Below are positions 12,950 to 25,788 of a DNA stretch of 64,000 bases, piece by piece. A program made the translations under genes and the position numbers. The DNA is taken from positions 2,852,001 through 2,916,000 of the forward strand of contig OY740802.1 in assembly GCA_963514005.1 (NCBI GenBank). Reading direction: 5' to 3'. The first letter of the stretch is position 1. Every line of letters starts with the position of its first letter. Under the pieces are notes generated by a model. It did no database searches, had not been told where the DNA came from, and saw nothing but the letters and a program-made list of their open reading frames with translations. Origin of the DNA: Raja brachyura (Eukaryota).

Positions 12950-13246
12950 AAACCAGGCAACATCTCTGGAGAAAATGGATAGTCAATGTTTAGGCTCAGG
13001 ACCCTTATTCAGTCTGAAGTACCCAACCCGAAACATCACCTATCCATTTTCCCCAGAGATGCAACCTGACCTGCCGAGTTACTCCAGCATTTTGTGTCTA
13101 TCGTTGGTATAAACTAGCGTCAGCAGTTTCTTGTTATTACATTAAGTTGAGTCTGAAGAAGCGTCTCGACCCGAAACGTCGCCTATCTCCTTCGCTCCTT
13201 AGATGCTGCTGCACCCGCTGAGTTTCTCCAGCCTTTTGTGTAACCC
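12950..13246. mobile_element. Two adjacent PLE terminal-repeat copies; hammerhead motif at 13153-13180 (+)
   Basis: ctgaagaagcgtctcgacccgaaacgtc followed by a tail nearly identical to 23450-23515. Confidence 0.75.
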
Positions 13247-15079
13247 AACATCCTTGTCAATCTCGTTTGCACCCTCTCCAGCACAACAAGAATCAGATAG
13301 TGCCTGATATTCTGCTCTTGTAAATGTTTTGGAAGGAGATAATGGATAACAGACACTATTGAAGACCAGGTTGTTATTCACTTGAAGAGTATGTCCAGTT
13401 TACTTTAATGGACGGGCAAGTGGAAAGCACAAAATTCTCTCTGTTAGATCACTGAGAGATCGAGGATGACAATGCAGCCAATTTACTGAAAATAAAGACT
13501 CACAGATCAGTCAATAACTTCACTTTTTCCAAAAAGGAATAAATGTGCAATCTTCCATTAGCACTGAGACATATCAATACACATGCTTTTAAATTAAACA
13601 TGAAAAATATTGACAAACCATTCTGTAATCTGTTACATGGATACTCATTAGATTCTTACTTGTACGGTGGTAATTATAAACTAATGCGTTTTACTATAAA
13701 TGACATTATAGCATATTTAAATACATTGGTACAGAATATAGGACTGTGAAATGCTAACTCTTCAAAACAATTGATACAATTGATACACAAAAGGTTTAGA
13801 GCAAAAATATTTAAACAACCACGCCAACTCTGAAAGGCTTAAATTACTATTCTGTAACGACATGAGTTTCAGCAATCACTGGCCAAGCGCACACACATCA
13901 CAACCCAATCCATGTCCAATGCTAAACATTTCACATCAGTTCTCATTAAAAGTCCAGCACCATTCAATTGATGTAAATCTAATAGCAATAAACCTCATAA
14001 ATATAAGCCAACAGAAATATGAAAAATACTAAGCAAATCATGGAAAAGATTAGTGAACTGAAACATTTCTTTCTCCAAATGTGTTCTCTGCCCTGGGTAT
14101 TTCGAGCACTTCTTAAAAAAGAAAATCACACTTTTGCTTTAATGATTGTACAAAGGGTCTGGTACAGCACAGGAATTTCTATTTATAAGCAATGTGCTGC
14201 AAATGCTTAACATGCATTAACGGAACACACATGAAACAACATCATGTGATTAGATAAAACATATGCCAGGAATTAACATTAAAATAGTAATGAAATATAC
14301 ATGAGCCTATGTTCTATGGCCCAAATCTAAGTACACACTGAGTGCATTTGAACTAAATTATCCTCAGTATTCAATTTCAATCAATTTTTGCCACAGTAAC
14401 TGCATTCAGTTCACAAAGAAGTGATACGGCAGAGGGAAGGGAATGCAATCAATGCCATTTCTCTTTAATGGAATGAACAGTCAAATGTTCAAAGTTCCAG
14501 ACATTCTGTGACATGGCACCATGGCCACACCAGAGATTAGTTGTGTTATATCCGAAACCTATTACGCGACGCAGCATAAAATTCATTTATGACCGGGAAA
14601 CACGTCTGCATAGCTTTGGGATTCTTGGAGACTACAAAGCAGTATGAACTAACTGAAGCAGAATGAGTCACTGACTGAAATGAATACACTGCATATTAAA
14701 TTTCACTACAATGCAAGCCACAAAAACGGAAAACAGCTTTTAGTTGTAGTGCAAAAAAAAAAAAATCAAAGCAAGAAAAAGGACAAAAAAAAAGGATTAT
14801 TGAGACAAACTCAAAAGTGCTGGATGAGCTCAAATGGCCTGCAGAGAAAAATGGTCAGACAACATTTTGGGTCAGGACCCTTCTTCAGACCCAAGGAGTG
14901 GGGGTGGGGGCAAGCTGGAAAAGAGAGGTGGGTACAGGACAAAGCCTGGCAAGTGATAGATGCCTGTAGAAGGGTCTGAACCTGAAACGATGCCCTACCC
15001 GATGAATTTCACCCCGTTTTGGGTTTTATGATAGGATATGGATTACTGATGCTCAAGTGACTGCTGCCCAAGACACGAT

Positions 15080-17010
15080 ACACACCAAAATGTTCAGACC
15101 CACGTTTACAACCAACGCATTTAAAACATGAACCGGGTTTATGAGATGGTAAGGAAATAGTGAATTGGGAATGCTTTCGGTGAAAAGGGTGAGGAGTGGC
15201 CTGCTGGTGGCACAGATGATATGATTGCTCCTTTTATTATTGTGCAAAATACTAGGCGCTGGTGGAACTCAGCTGGTCAGACAGCATGTTATCAGTGTGA
15301 AGAAGGAACCCGACCCAAAACGTCATATCTCCATTCCCTGCACGAGTGCTGCCTGACCCGCTGAGTTCCTCGAACAGTGTTTTCCTCAAGATTCCTGCAC
15401 AGCAATTCCTAGCATCTCCAGGTGTTCTGATATTGGCACACAAGAAACTGCAGATGTTGGCATATTGGGTAAAGCACAACGCGTTGGCGGAACCCAGTAT
15501 GTCAGGCAGCATCTGTGGATGTGGATGTGAAGAAGGTTGGACCCTTCTTCACATCCACCTGGACTAGGTCATGGATTATTGATGCACATGTAAATACCTC
15601 CCAAGGCATTTAGCACACCAAAACATTCAGATGCATGTTCACAATCAATGCATTTAAATCTTTAATTGGTTTTAAGAGATGGTGAGGAGAAAGTATGTTG
15701 GAAATACTTTAGGGAAAAAAATGAGGCGCACATGATAAATATGTGCAGTATTATTGTGCAAAACACAAAGTGCTGGAGGAACTCAGAATGTCAGCCAGCA
15801 GCCTTGGAGTGACATATCGAGTCAAGACCCTTCTTCAGACTAATGGAGTAGAGGGGAGGTGATAAGGGAAAACTAATAAAGAGAGGTGGGGGCAGGACAA
15901 AGTTTGGCAAGTGACAGGGATCTGAAGAAGGATCCCAACCCGTAAAGCCGTTTATCCGTTCGTTCCTTAGATGCTGCCTGACTCTCCCACACCTTGTGTT
16001 TTGTTCCAGAACCCTCCATCTGCAGTTCCCTGTATCTACAAATATTCAGAAATATGTTTCCAATTATTCTTTAACCAATGTTATGACATGGTAAAGTAAA
16101 TTATAAATACTTTAAGGAAAAAGGTGGAGGTGCAAATGACAAACAAATGTTGAATTGGTTGGTTTATTGTTGACCAAAAACAAAGTGCTGGAGGAACTAA
16201 ACAGATGAAACGACATCAGTGGAAGGATAAAAAGGACAGTGCTGGAGTAACTCATTGGCTCAGGCAGCATCTCTGGAGGACAAGGATAAGTGACGTTTCG
16301 GGTCGGTACCCTTCTTCAGAACCAGTATCTGCAGTTGCGTTGAAAGGAACTGCAAATGCTGGTTTACACATAAGATAGACACAAAAAGACTGGAGTAACT
16401 CAGCGGGTCAAGCATCATCATTGGAGAAAATGAATAGGTGGTACTTTGGGTCCTGAAGAAGGGTCTCGATCCGAAACATCACCTGTCCCTTTTCTCCAGA
16501 GATGGTGCCTGAGCCGCTGAGTTACTCCAGCTTTTTGTGTCTCTCTTCAGTATCTGCACTTCTTTATTTCTACCATCTATGGAAGGCTGTTGCCTATCCA
16601 GTCCCTCCAACACTTTGTGTTTTGCTCATAGATTTCTTATGCTTCTGGAAACACTATCCAAGGCATGATGCACACCAAAATATTCAGATGCATGTTTACA
16701 ATTATTAATGCAATTAAAACTTTAACCCGGTTTTAAAATTGGGAACACTTTGGGGAAAGGGTGAGGAAGAGCAGATTATAGACGTGGGCAGCAAATCACA
16801 AAATGCTGGAGCAATCTGTGGAAGGATGCTATCTGTCCATTCCCTCCATAGATGCTGGCTAGTTCTTCCAGCACTTTGCGTGTTGCTCAAGATTCCAGTA
16901 TCTGCAATTCCTTCTGTCTACAAAATATTCAGATACATGTTTACAATCAATGCATTTGCAACCAGCATTGGTAGTTCCTTGTGTACATTTACAACTTTAA
17001 CCATTTTTTA
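15080..17010 (+). repeat. Degenerate tandem duplication (about 5 copies of a unique ~150-190 bp unit interleaved with PLE arms)
   Basis: cacaccaaaa(t/c)(g/a)ttcaga..(a)tgtttacaa..aa(c/t)gcatt recurs at ~15083, 15615, 16040, 16672 and 16921. Confidence 0.7.
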
Positions 17011-17149
17011 AGGGAAGGCGAGGGTTTTTGAGGGGTGGCAGGGAACTAGGAAGACTTCAGGGAGAGGGTGGGGGGGTGAAGGAGGGTAAGGCGCGGGAGA
17101 TGATCGTGTACAGGGCTTATCTCACCCCACCCACCCCAACCCCAACCCC

Positions 17150-18080
17150 GTGTGTTCAATCATCTCCAGGCCGGGGTGCGGGTGTGAGGGAGCGCAGGGC
17201 CGAGTGTGGGGGAGGGGGAGGGGGGGGGGGGGTGAGGGAGCGCCCCGGGCCGGGGTGGGAGGGAGGGAGCGCGTAGTTACCATGCGGGCAGCCTCGGCCC
17301 ACGTGCGGTCCCGCTTCCTCCGCTGTTGCTGCTGCTTCATGGCCGCCGCCGCCGCCGCCTCTCACTCACTCTCCCTTTCCCGCCTCTTCTCTGCAAAGCT
17401 CCTTCTTTTGGGGGGGGGTTTTTTCAGGCCAAAGATCCGGTTTTATTTTTTAAAGGCGAGGAGCGGCGGCGGCGGCGGCCGAGACCACACTGGTGCTGCG
17501 AGGAGCGGGCGGGTGGACGGACGGACGGACGGTCCTTCACCGGGCGGGCGAGCGGGCTTTGCGCTGCTGTGCGGTTCGGGCGCTCCTTCAACCGTGCGGT
17601 GTGTGAGCTGAGCTGAGCTGAGCTGGGCTGTGCGGGCGGGCGCTCCTGGACTATTCTACACTGGGCGGGCGGGCGCTGCGGATCCCGGGGCTCCTAGGCG
17701 ACGCGGACGGCCATACTGAGCCAGGGTCAAAGGGCAACTGACATCATCCGCCGCAACCCCCCTCCCCCCTGCTATTTAATTTTATTTATTGCAAACGCGC
17801 ATTCCAACCGCGCGTTTGCATTAACACCTGCTGGCCGAATTTGATAATCTATTTTTAAAGGAGGTTGGAGGGGGCTGCATTGTTTTGTGGAGGGAGGGAG
17901 GTGGCCGGCGGTGCTCCCTGGCGTTTGTAGTTCCGGATGAAGGCCGCGCCGTTGATGGAGGCGGAGCCGCTCCCGGAAAGACTACAAGCACCATGAGCCT
18001 CAGCGACGACCGCGCATGCGAATCGACCAGCGATTGCTGCAAAGGGCCGACTCCGCCGCTGCGGGGCACTGAGTGGAACT
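17150..18080 (-). promoter_or_regulatory. CpG island / promoter and 5' UTR of ASXL1
   Basis: High GC and CpG density, GGGCGG boxes, ACTACAA motifs at 17925-17931 (-) and 17981-17987 (+). The TSS cannot be determined. Confidence 0.8.
17281..17340 (-). CDS. ASXL1: ASXL1 coding exon 1
   Basis: MKQQQQRRKRDRTWAEAARM contains the ASXL-family RTWAEAA motif. Start context gcggcggccATG, donor |gtaact, phase 0 joins exon 2. Confidence 0.96.
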
Positions 18081-18944
18081 GCAGCAGATCATCTGCTGAA
18101 TTAAACATGCCAGCCCAAGGGTAGTTTTGCAAACAAGTCGGCAAAGCCCCTGCTATCAGCATACTCAAAATTAATTCTATGTGGGTTTTTTTTCCCACTA
18201 TTCTGTCAATAATCTCCCTTTGAAAGTTTTAATTGAACTAGAGGAGTGTTGGATTTAAATACAAATAATAAGGGAAAAATTATGTTGGCAACTAAAAGAT
18301 AATTTGTAGAGCAGCTTGATTGTAATCATGTTTATTCTGCTGACTGGATAGCATGTAACACAAATCATTTTCACTGTACCTCAGCACACGTGGCAATAAT
18401 AAATTAAACTAAACTACACCCTCGCACTCATTGGAGACCCTCGGACTATCTTTGATTGGACTTTACTGGCTTTATCTTGCACCAAACGTTATTCACTTTA
18501 TTCCTTTTATTATGTATCTGTACACTGGATGGTTCAATTTTAATCATGTATTATCAATTCCGATGACTGGTTAGTACACAACAAAAGCTTTTCACTGTAC
18601 GTGTGACAATAAACAAGACTACATTGCAGTAAAACTCAATTTGTAGAAATTAATGCAAAGTAATTATCATGAAATTCAAGTAATTATCATGAAGTAGACA
18701 ATCACTCACCCAGACCTGCAACGGACCCCAACTTTAAAAGATTTTCCAGCATCTACAGTTCCTTCTTAAACATCATTAAAATCAGGACAGCTTCAGTGTT
18801 TCATAAAATGGGTTACAATTGAGTGAACAATGACACTAGACTGTGGAACAGCATCCCTCTTCTCATCAGAACTGCCCCCTCCGTCTAAACTTAAAACTTA
18901 TTTCTACTCACAAGCGCTTCTTGAGGTCCTCTGAGAGAGCACTG

Positions 18945-19090
18945 TATGTATGTATTTATGTATGTATGTATTGTTAGATCTATGTACCACTGTATATAGC
19001 ATGTTAGTACCTGCACTGATGTAAAGCACTTTGGTCAACGAGAGTTGTTTTTAAATGTGCTATAGAAATAAAATTGACTTGACTTGACTA
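18945..19090 (+). mobile_element. L2-like LINE 3' tail with (tatg)n and (gactt)n
   Basis: tgtaaagcactttggtcaacgagagttgtttttaaatgtgctata; second copy at ~49150-49240. Confidence 0.6.
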
Positions 19091-19109
19091 TTTTAATGTT
19101 ATGATTGAA

Positions 19110-19390
19110 AAATACAGCATGGAAACAGCCCACTGATCATCGATCAGCAATTCACACTAGTTCTATGTTATTCCACTTTCTCATCCACTCCCTACACACA
19201 ATGGGCCATTCATAGAGGGCCAATTAACCTACAAGCCCGCACGTCTTTGGGATGTGGGAGGAAATCGGAGCACATGGAGGAAATCCATACAGTCACAGGG
19301 AAAATGTGCATACTACATGCAGATAGAAGCCACAATCATAATCGGACCCGTGTTTTGTTAGGCAAGACAGCAGCTCTACCACCTGAACTA
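19110..19390 (-). mobile_element. HE1-like V-SINE
   Basis: Same V-domain and tail as 2466-2762. Confidence 0.75.
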
Positions 19391-19463
19391 TTATGTCAAA
19401 AGAATGTTCAGTGTCGACCTTAAACATCCTTTCATAAGCAGCAATGCAATTTGTTGCATTAAT

Positions 19464-19655
19464 GGTAGACAGAAATGCTGGAGAAACTCAGCGGGTGAGG
19501 CAGCACCTATGGAGTGCAGGAATAAATTACGTTTTGGGTTGAGACCCGAAACGTCACCTATTCCTTCACTTCATGGATGCTGCCTCATCCGCTGAGTTTC
19601 TCCAACATTTTTGTCCACCTTCAATTTTTCCAGCATCTGCAGTTCTTTCTTAAAC
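19464..19655. mobile_element. Fold-back PLE terminal-repeat insertion
   Basis: Inverted arms with 15-bp TSD atttgttgcattaat (19449-19463, 19656-19670). Confidence 0.85.
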
Positions 19656-20671
19656 ATTTGTTGCATTAATATATCTTCTTTCATTTGAACTAACTTAGAG
19701 CCAAACTTCCAAGACTCTCGGCCAAAACAGCCAAAGATTAATACTTGAAAAGCTTGTTTCAAATGTGTTTCATCCAAGTAAACAATATTATTCTATTCAC
19801 GGCTTGGAAATTTTTATTGTTCTTAAGATAGAGCTTGGGTGGAGAAAAATTATAATCTTTCCGGCTAATTTACCAAAACACCTAAGGTCTACAAAGTGAT
19901 TAGGAAATATAATTTAGGGAGATAGTCAAGTTACATGTTCAAATGATATTTCAATTATACATTAGAATGCGCGAGTTTGAAATATTAGAAAATGCTTTAA
20001 AGATGTCAGACAACTTATGCTAAGGTATTTGTTAAAGTGGCGTTTAAGAGGCTTTTAGATGGGCACATGGATATGGAAGGAATGGAGGGATCTGAGTCAT
20101 GTGCAAGCTGATGAGATCAGTTTAACTTGGTGTCGTTCAGCACAGACAATGTGGGCCGCAGGGCCTGTTTCTATGCTGTATTGTTCTGTGCTCTATGCTT
20201 CTCTAAACAACCATTGAAAAATCTAATTAAAGAATATTGCTTCAGCTTTTGCCGTGAGTAAATGCAGGTAACAAAAGTGCAAAGTGTGGTTTACCAGGAC
20301 GGGTTACTGTGGGTTTTAATGTAAATGTCAGTTATACTTTTCAGTTAAAGCCTGTCTCGTTACTTACTTACAACACAGTGATTTTTGTTCCTCTGTGTGA
20401 ATGCTGAACCTCAGGTGACCTGATTGTGCAGGATGGCCACTGCATAGTCTTTCCAGTTCTTCATAGAGCATCTGCTTCCTGGTGGTTTACCGAGGCAACT
20501 TCTAAATGCGTCGCTGCTATAAATCTCAACAGTACAATTTCAGTTGGGAAGGAGAGGTCACGAAAAGGAAACATGTTTCAGGTCTGACACATCTATAGAT
20601 AATTGTAGGATGTTCTTCACACTATCTTTAACTTTTATACCAACCCTGTTGTCCACTAGATTATAAAACCA

Positions 20672-20910
20672 AGGATCTGCAGCTGCTGGTTTACAAAATA
20701 AGACATAGAAAGCTGGAATATCTCAGCGGGTCAGGCAGCATCTCAAGAGAACATGGATAGGTGACGTTTTGGGTCGAGACCCTTCTTCAGACTGATGTGC
20801 GGTGGAAGGATGGAAAGCTGGAAGAGAGGGTCCAGACCTGAAACGTCACCTATCCATATTCTCCTGAGATGCTGCTCTACCCGCTGAGTTAGTCCAGCAC
20901 TTTGTGTCTT
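20672..20910. mobile_element. Fold-back PLE terminal repeat; variant hammerhead at 20763-20790 (-)
   Basis: Inverted arms. The GAAA box is mutated to AAAA. Confidence 0.75.
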
Positions 20911-22429
20911 CCATTGTTGGAATGTATTTTAAAATGAGTCCTGAACATATCATAAGTGGTGAATTTACTTAAGCTATGCAATAGACTTCAACATAAATAT
21001 TGTGTTATGTTAAAAATATTTTCTGAACTGACATATCTTGCATTGGGCCATGCCAAAGACCACAAAGAATATATTGTGGCAGAAATAAATACAGAAATCG
21101 CCACTTCATACTTCGTGAATTCACCTTTTTTTTTAAATAAAAAAAATAAGAAAGACTTCCACTTTAAAAATAAATTAAATACTTTCTGCATTTTCCTGCA
21201 CAGAAAAACTGAATGAACATATCACCTTAACCCAGAGCACAACACTCTCTGTTCTTTGTCAGAGAATTGTGGATTAACAACAGTACAGGATTTGATCAGA
21301 GTCAGGACAAGCAAAATGCTGCATTTTAAAAAGGTATTGCCTAAAATTTGAATGACAGTAGTCAAGATATGTTAAACTGTTACTGTACAGCACAAACACA
21401 GGCCTTTCGACCCAGCTTGACCATGCTATCCACATTGGCATACTTTGCCAGCATTTGGCCGATATTCCTCTGAATCCTTCCTATCCATGTAGCTGTCCAG
21501 ATGTCTTTTAAGTGTCATAATTGTATTTCTCCCGCAGCTCATTCCAGATACAGATTACCTTCCAAGTAAAAACGTCCCCTGACATTCCTCTAAAATATCT
21601 GCCCTCTCACTTTCACCCGATGTCCTCTAGTCTTGGAATCCTTTACCCTCCTATTTCTTTATTTCTTGCTTTTCTCAAAGGATTTTTTCATACTCAACTC
21701 TTTTTTGCCTCCATTTCCCTTTGGTTTCATTCCCTTTTATCCTTATCTTCTTAACAATGCCTAAACGGAACATCACAGGCTCAATAATGCTGGAAGCAAG
21801 TGGGCTCTTCTATTTTCGCACATCAGATTTTCACAACACAACACTATTTTCTTTGCAAAAGACATTGCATTAAATGCAGTTTCATCACAGAAATGCAGCA
21901 CTAAAATAGTCTGCACAGCAAGCAACGACTTAACAGTTTGGGTAGTAATCAGATATGCAATTATTCTACCTACTCTCTGAATAACCCAGACAATCTTTCA
22001 TCAAAGAAATTTGCCCTTGACTCAGTTTTCTCTGTTTCAAACACTATGCACTGTCTAGGAAGGAATTGCAGATGCTGGTTTATACTGAAGTGAAACACTG
22101 GAGTAACTCAACGGATCAGGCAGCATCTCTGGAGAAAAAGGAATAGGTAGCGTTTTGGGTCGGAAACCCTTCTTCAGGCTGAATGGAGCTGGTGAGGGAA
22201 GACTGGAAATAGGAAAAGGCCAGAACAAGTTGGTAGCTGAGCAGAGAAACCTGATCAGCAGCTGGCCTTTGAACAATCAATGTAACTGTCGTTACCTTCT
22301 CTGTGACCCTACTGCCCTCGTGAGGTTGAAAGTAGACTAGTATAACTTTTTCTCTTAAGTTTTTCCTCATGAAGTGAAATAGCAGTCACTTAACTGGCTA
22401 ACACCGCTGTCCACTTGGTAGATCCTTGT

Positions 22430-22865
22430 AGAAACAGAAAAATAGGTGCAGGAGTAGGTCATTCAGCCCTTCGAACCAGCACCACCATTCAATATGATCA
22501 TGGCTGATCATCTAAAATCAGTACCTCATTCCTGCTCTTCCCCCCATATCCCTTGATTCCTTTAATCCTAAGAGCTAAATCTAACTCTTGAAAAGATCCA
22601 GTGAATTGGCCTCCACTGTCTTCTGTGACAGAGATACACAGATTCACAACTATCAAGGCGAAGACATTTTTCCTCCTCAGTCTTAAATGGCCTATGCCTT
22701 ATTCTTAAACTGTGACCCCTGGTTCTGGGATCCCCCAACATCGGGAACATTTTTCCTGCATCTAGCCTGTCCAATCCTTTAAGAATTTTATGTTTCTATA
22801 AGAACCCCTCTCATCCTTCTAAATTCCAGTGATACAAGCCCAGTCGACCCATTCTTTCATCATAT
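22430..22865 (-). mobile_element. CR1 LINE 3' fragment
   Basis: DRLDAGKMFPMLGDPRTRGHSLRI plus CR1 tail. Confidence 0.9.
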
Positions 22866-22934
22866 GTAGACTGTTTACATCAGAATTTGTAACTTTGAGA
22901 TGTAAAGGATACCGTACCCATTTAGAGTAGCTGA

Positions 22935-23515
22935 GACCAAGCGGAGGCTGGGCGATCGTTTCACCGAACACCTCCGCTCGGTCCGCAATAACCAACCCGA
23001 CCTCCCGGTGGCTCAGCACTTCAACTCACCCTCCCATTCCGTATCCGACCTCTCGGTTCTGGGCCTCCTCCACGGCCAGAGTGAGCAACACCGCAAGTTG
23101 GAGGAACAGCACCTCATATTCCGCTTGGGGAGTCTGCATCCTCTGGGCTTAAACATTGAATTTTCTCAATTCTGTTAACCCAGGCTGCCTCCTCCCCTTC
23201 CCACCTCTCCCTCAGCCCTCGGACCCTGGCATTCCTTCTCTCTCTATCTCCCCCCCCCCCCCCCAACCCAAGTCGCACTAGCTTCTCATTTTCACACTAC
23301 AAACAGCTTACAATGGCCTGTTGCCTTTATCATCGATACTTTTTTGCATATCTTTCATTCATTGTTCTTTATCTCTCCACATCACCGTCTATATCTCTCG
23401 TTTCCCTGATCCCTGACCAGTCTGAAGAAGGGTCTCGACCCGAAACGTCGCCTATCTCCTTCGCTCCTTAGATGCTGCTGCACCCGCTGAGTTTCTCCAG
23501 CTTTTTGTGTAACCC
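22935..23515 (+). mobile_element. 5'-truncated Penelope-like element: GIY-YIG C-terminus, pyrimidine tract and hammerhead terminal repeat
   Basis: ETKRRLGDRFTEHLRSVRNNQPDLPVAQHFNSPSHS...RKLEEQHLIFRLGSLHPLGLNIEF. 12-bp TSD tagagtagctga (22923-22934, 23516-23527). Confidence 0.9.
23422..23449 (+). ncRNA. Minimal hammerhead ribozyme motif
   Basis: ctgaagaagggtctcgacccgaaacgtc (consensus copy). Confidence 0.7.
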
Positions 23516-24701
23516 TAGAGTAGCTGATAACATGGTTACATCTGGTTTCCATATTTCAAAAAGTCTTTGCTGAATAGGTTGAAACAAACCTTATTAGCAC
23601 TGTCCCATCAGTCTGAAGGGTCCCAACCTGAAACATCATCTGTCCATTTCCTCCACAGATTCTGCCTGTTCATCGATTTCCTCCGGCACTGTGCTCTGCT
23701 CATGGTTCCAGCATCTGCAGTTCCTTGTTTAGTTTAGAAATACAGCATGGATGCAGATCCTTGAGCCCCCTGAGGCCACGGCGCCCATCGATTACCCATT
23801 CACAATCGTTCTATGTTACCCCTCTTTCACATCCACTCTATGGGCAATTTACAGAGGGCCAATTAACCTACACATCCACATGTCTTTGGAATGTGTAGGT
23901 CAAGAGTTGATTTTAAATGGATTTTTCTCCAAAGAGCTGGAATGGGTGGATGGGGGAGAATAATAATCAGCTTCTGGGAGGAGAGAGGGTTGTGAGATCA
24001 ATAAAGTCTAAAGCTAGCTTATTAATAATTGATAACAATATTGATCATATTTTTATAAATTAAAAAACAAGATATTATTCAAAAATCCCTTTAAGTATTA
24101 GGGAGTATTGTAATGAAACATTACATCTTATTAATTTTATTGTGGAAAAGGGGCATTATTTCAAAACCTTTTTCAAGTTATTAATGGGAAGTATGTTATT
24201 CCTAGCATCAATGCCTTATTGATATACTTAAATTCTACGTTCTTTGGATAAAATAAATGACTCACAAATTTAAAGACAATTACCTGATAACTGCATCAAA
24301 AATATTATAGATCCCAATGCTCTATTAAAGGTGTTTCTGTTTGTGAGAATCATGTTGTCTCTGAGAAAAGGAAATTACAATCACGTTATTTGCATTCATG
24401 TTAAACTTTCATTTGCAGGTAGTTAAAGGCATTGGAAAATTAAACAGTGTGCTACAACTGTTTGGTTTGAGAGCACACAAATGCCAATATGGAGCAGTAA
24501 ACGAGTGTAACACAATTCTGCTTTAGAAATTGTTATCAATAACTCATCTACTGCATCCGAAAAGATGAGAACTATTGCAATATCTGCTATTCAAAGTTTT
24601 GAATTGTATTGTGCATTTATTTTGTTTTGAGACAATTGCAATTTATTGCATTCTCTTACCTGAACATTTTTGTGGATACTTCTTTCTTCTTCTTCTTCTT
24701 C

Positions 24702-24866
24702 GGTAGACAAAAATCCTGGAGAAACTCAGCGGGTGAGGCAGCATCTATGGAGCAAAGGAAATAGGCAACGTTTCGGGTCTCCATAGATGCTGCCTCGCCC
24801 GCTGAGTTTCTCCAGCATTTTTGTCTACCTTCGATTTTCCAGCATCTGCAGTTCCCTCTTAAACAA
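24702..24866. mobile_element. Fold-back PLE terminal repeat inserted in a (ttc)n tract
   Basis: Inverted arms with tctttcttcttctt on both sides. Confidence 0.75.
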
Positions 24867-25782
24867 ATCTTTCTTCTTCTTGGTGATTTTGTATTCTTTT
24901 AATTCTCCATAAAACTGATAATTTTCTCACAATGGTCACAGGCCTCAGCATGTAACGTTTGTTTGACGGCAGTAAAATGAATGCCTGCCAAACCTCTCAA
25001 ACAAGATCATGAACTTGACCAGAGGCATTCTTTTTTAAAGCTGCTCAATGTTAGCATAATTCTTTGAAGAAATCAAGCTGATGTTTAGGTTTATATTGTC
25101 ATTGTCACATGCACGCGGTGAAAAGCTTTGTTTTGCATGCTACCCATCAGACCACATAATACTGCACATAAATACAATCAAGTGAAACTCAAGCACAATG
25201 TGTAGAGCGAAGGGGAGGATACACAGTGCACAATATACTTCTCAATATTGTACTGCACCAATTCCAGAGACAGTCTAATGTCCACTATGAGGTGGAGGTG
25301 AATTGGACAGTACACTAGCTAATGATAGGACCAAAGTATCAAAAATATTTTATCACATATGTATATGCAAGTACTGAGTTTAGTTTAGAGATACAGCATG
25401 GAAACCGGCCCTTCGGCCCACACCTACCAACAATCCCCGCACATTAACTATCCTACACCCACAAGGGACATTATTTTTTTACATTTGCGCCACCGTGACA
25501 CCGTACCTGATGATGACTTGAGAGAAATAGTGTTGGAGTAGCACAGTGGGACTGGCAGTGTGTGTTTTGCTGCCCTTTCCCTTCCTCTGCCTGACCAGCT
25601 GAGTTCCTCCAACATTTTGTGTTTTGATCATGATTCCAGCATCTGCAGATAACAGGAGACCCCGATGGGAAGTCATGAGACTCGTTGCGACCAATCTCTG
25701 CTCATATCAGTGAAGACCCCCTCCAACAGAAGGGTGTGAAGGTGCAACAAGATAAACTCAAAATTAAGTTTGCTTCAGAAAG

Positions 25783-25788
25783 TTTATT
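25783..25788 (-). terminator. Candidate distal polyadenylation signal of KIF3B
   Basis: AATAAA on the minus strand followed by a T/GT-rich tract, at the end of a ~3.3 kb largely repeat-free stretch downstream of the stop. An alternative AATAAA lies at 27965-27970. Confidence 0.5.

Noticed and set aside
17604-17629. (GAGCT)n pentamers resembling immunoglobulin switch repeats
   Set aside because: Only about 5 units, within the ASXL1 5' region; a simple microsatellite.
17028-18198. Several GC-rich ORFs around the ASXL1 promoter
   Set aside because: Expected stop-poor frames in a CpG island; no recognisable domains apart from ASXL1 exon 1.
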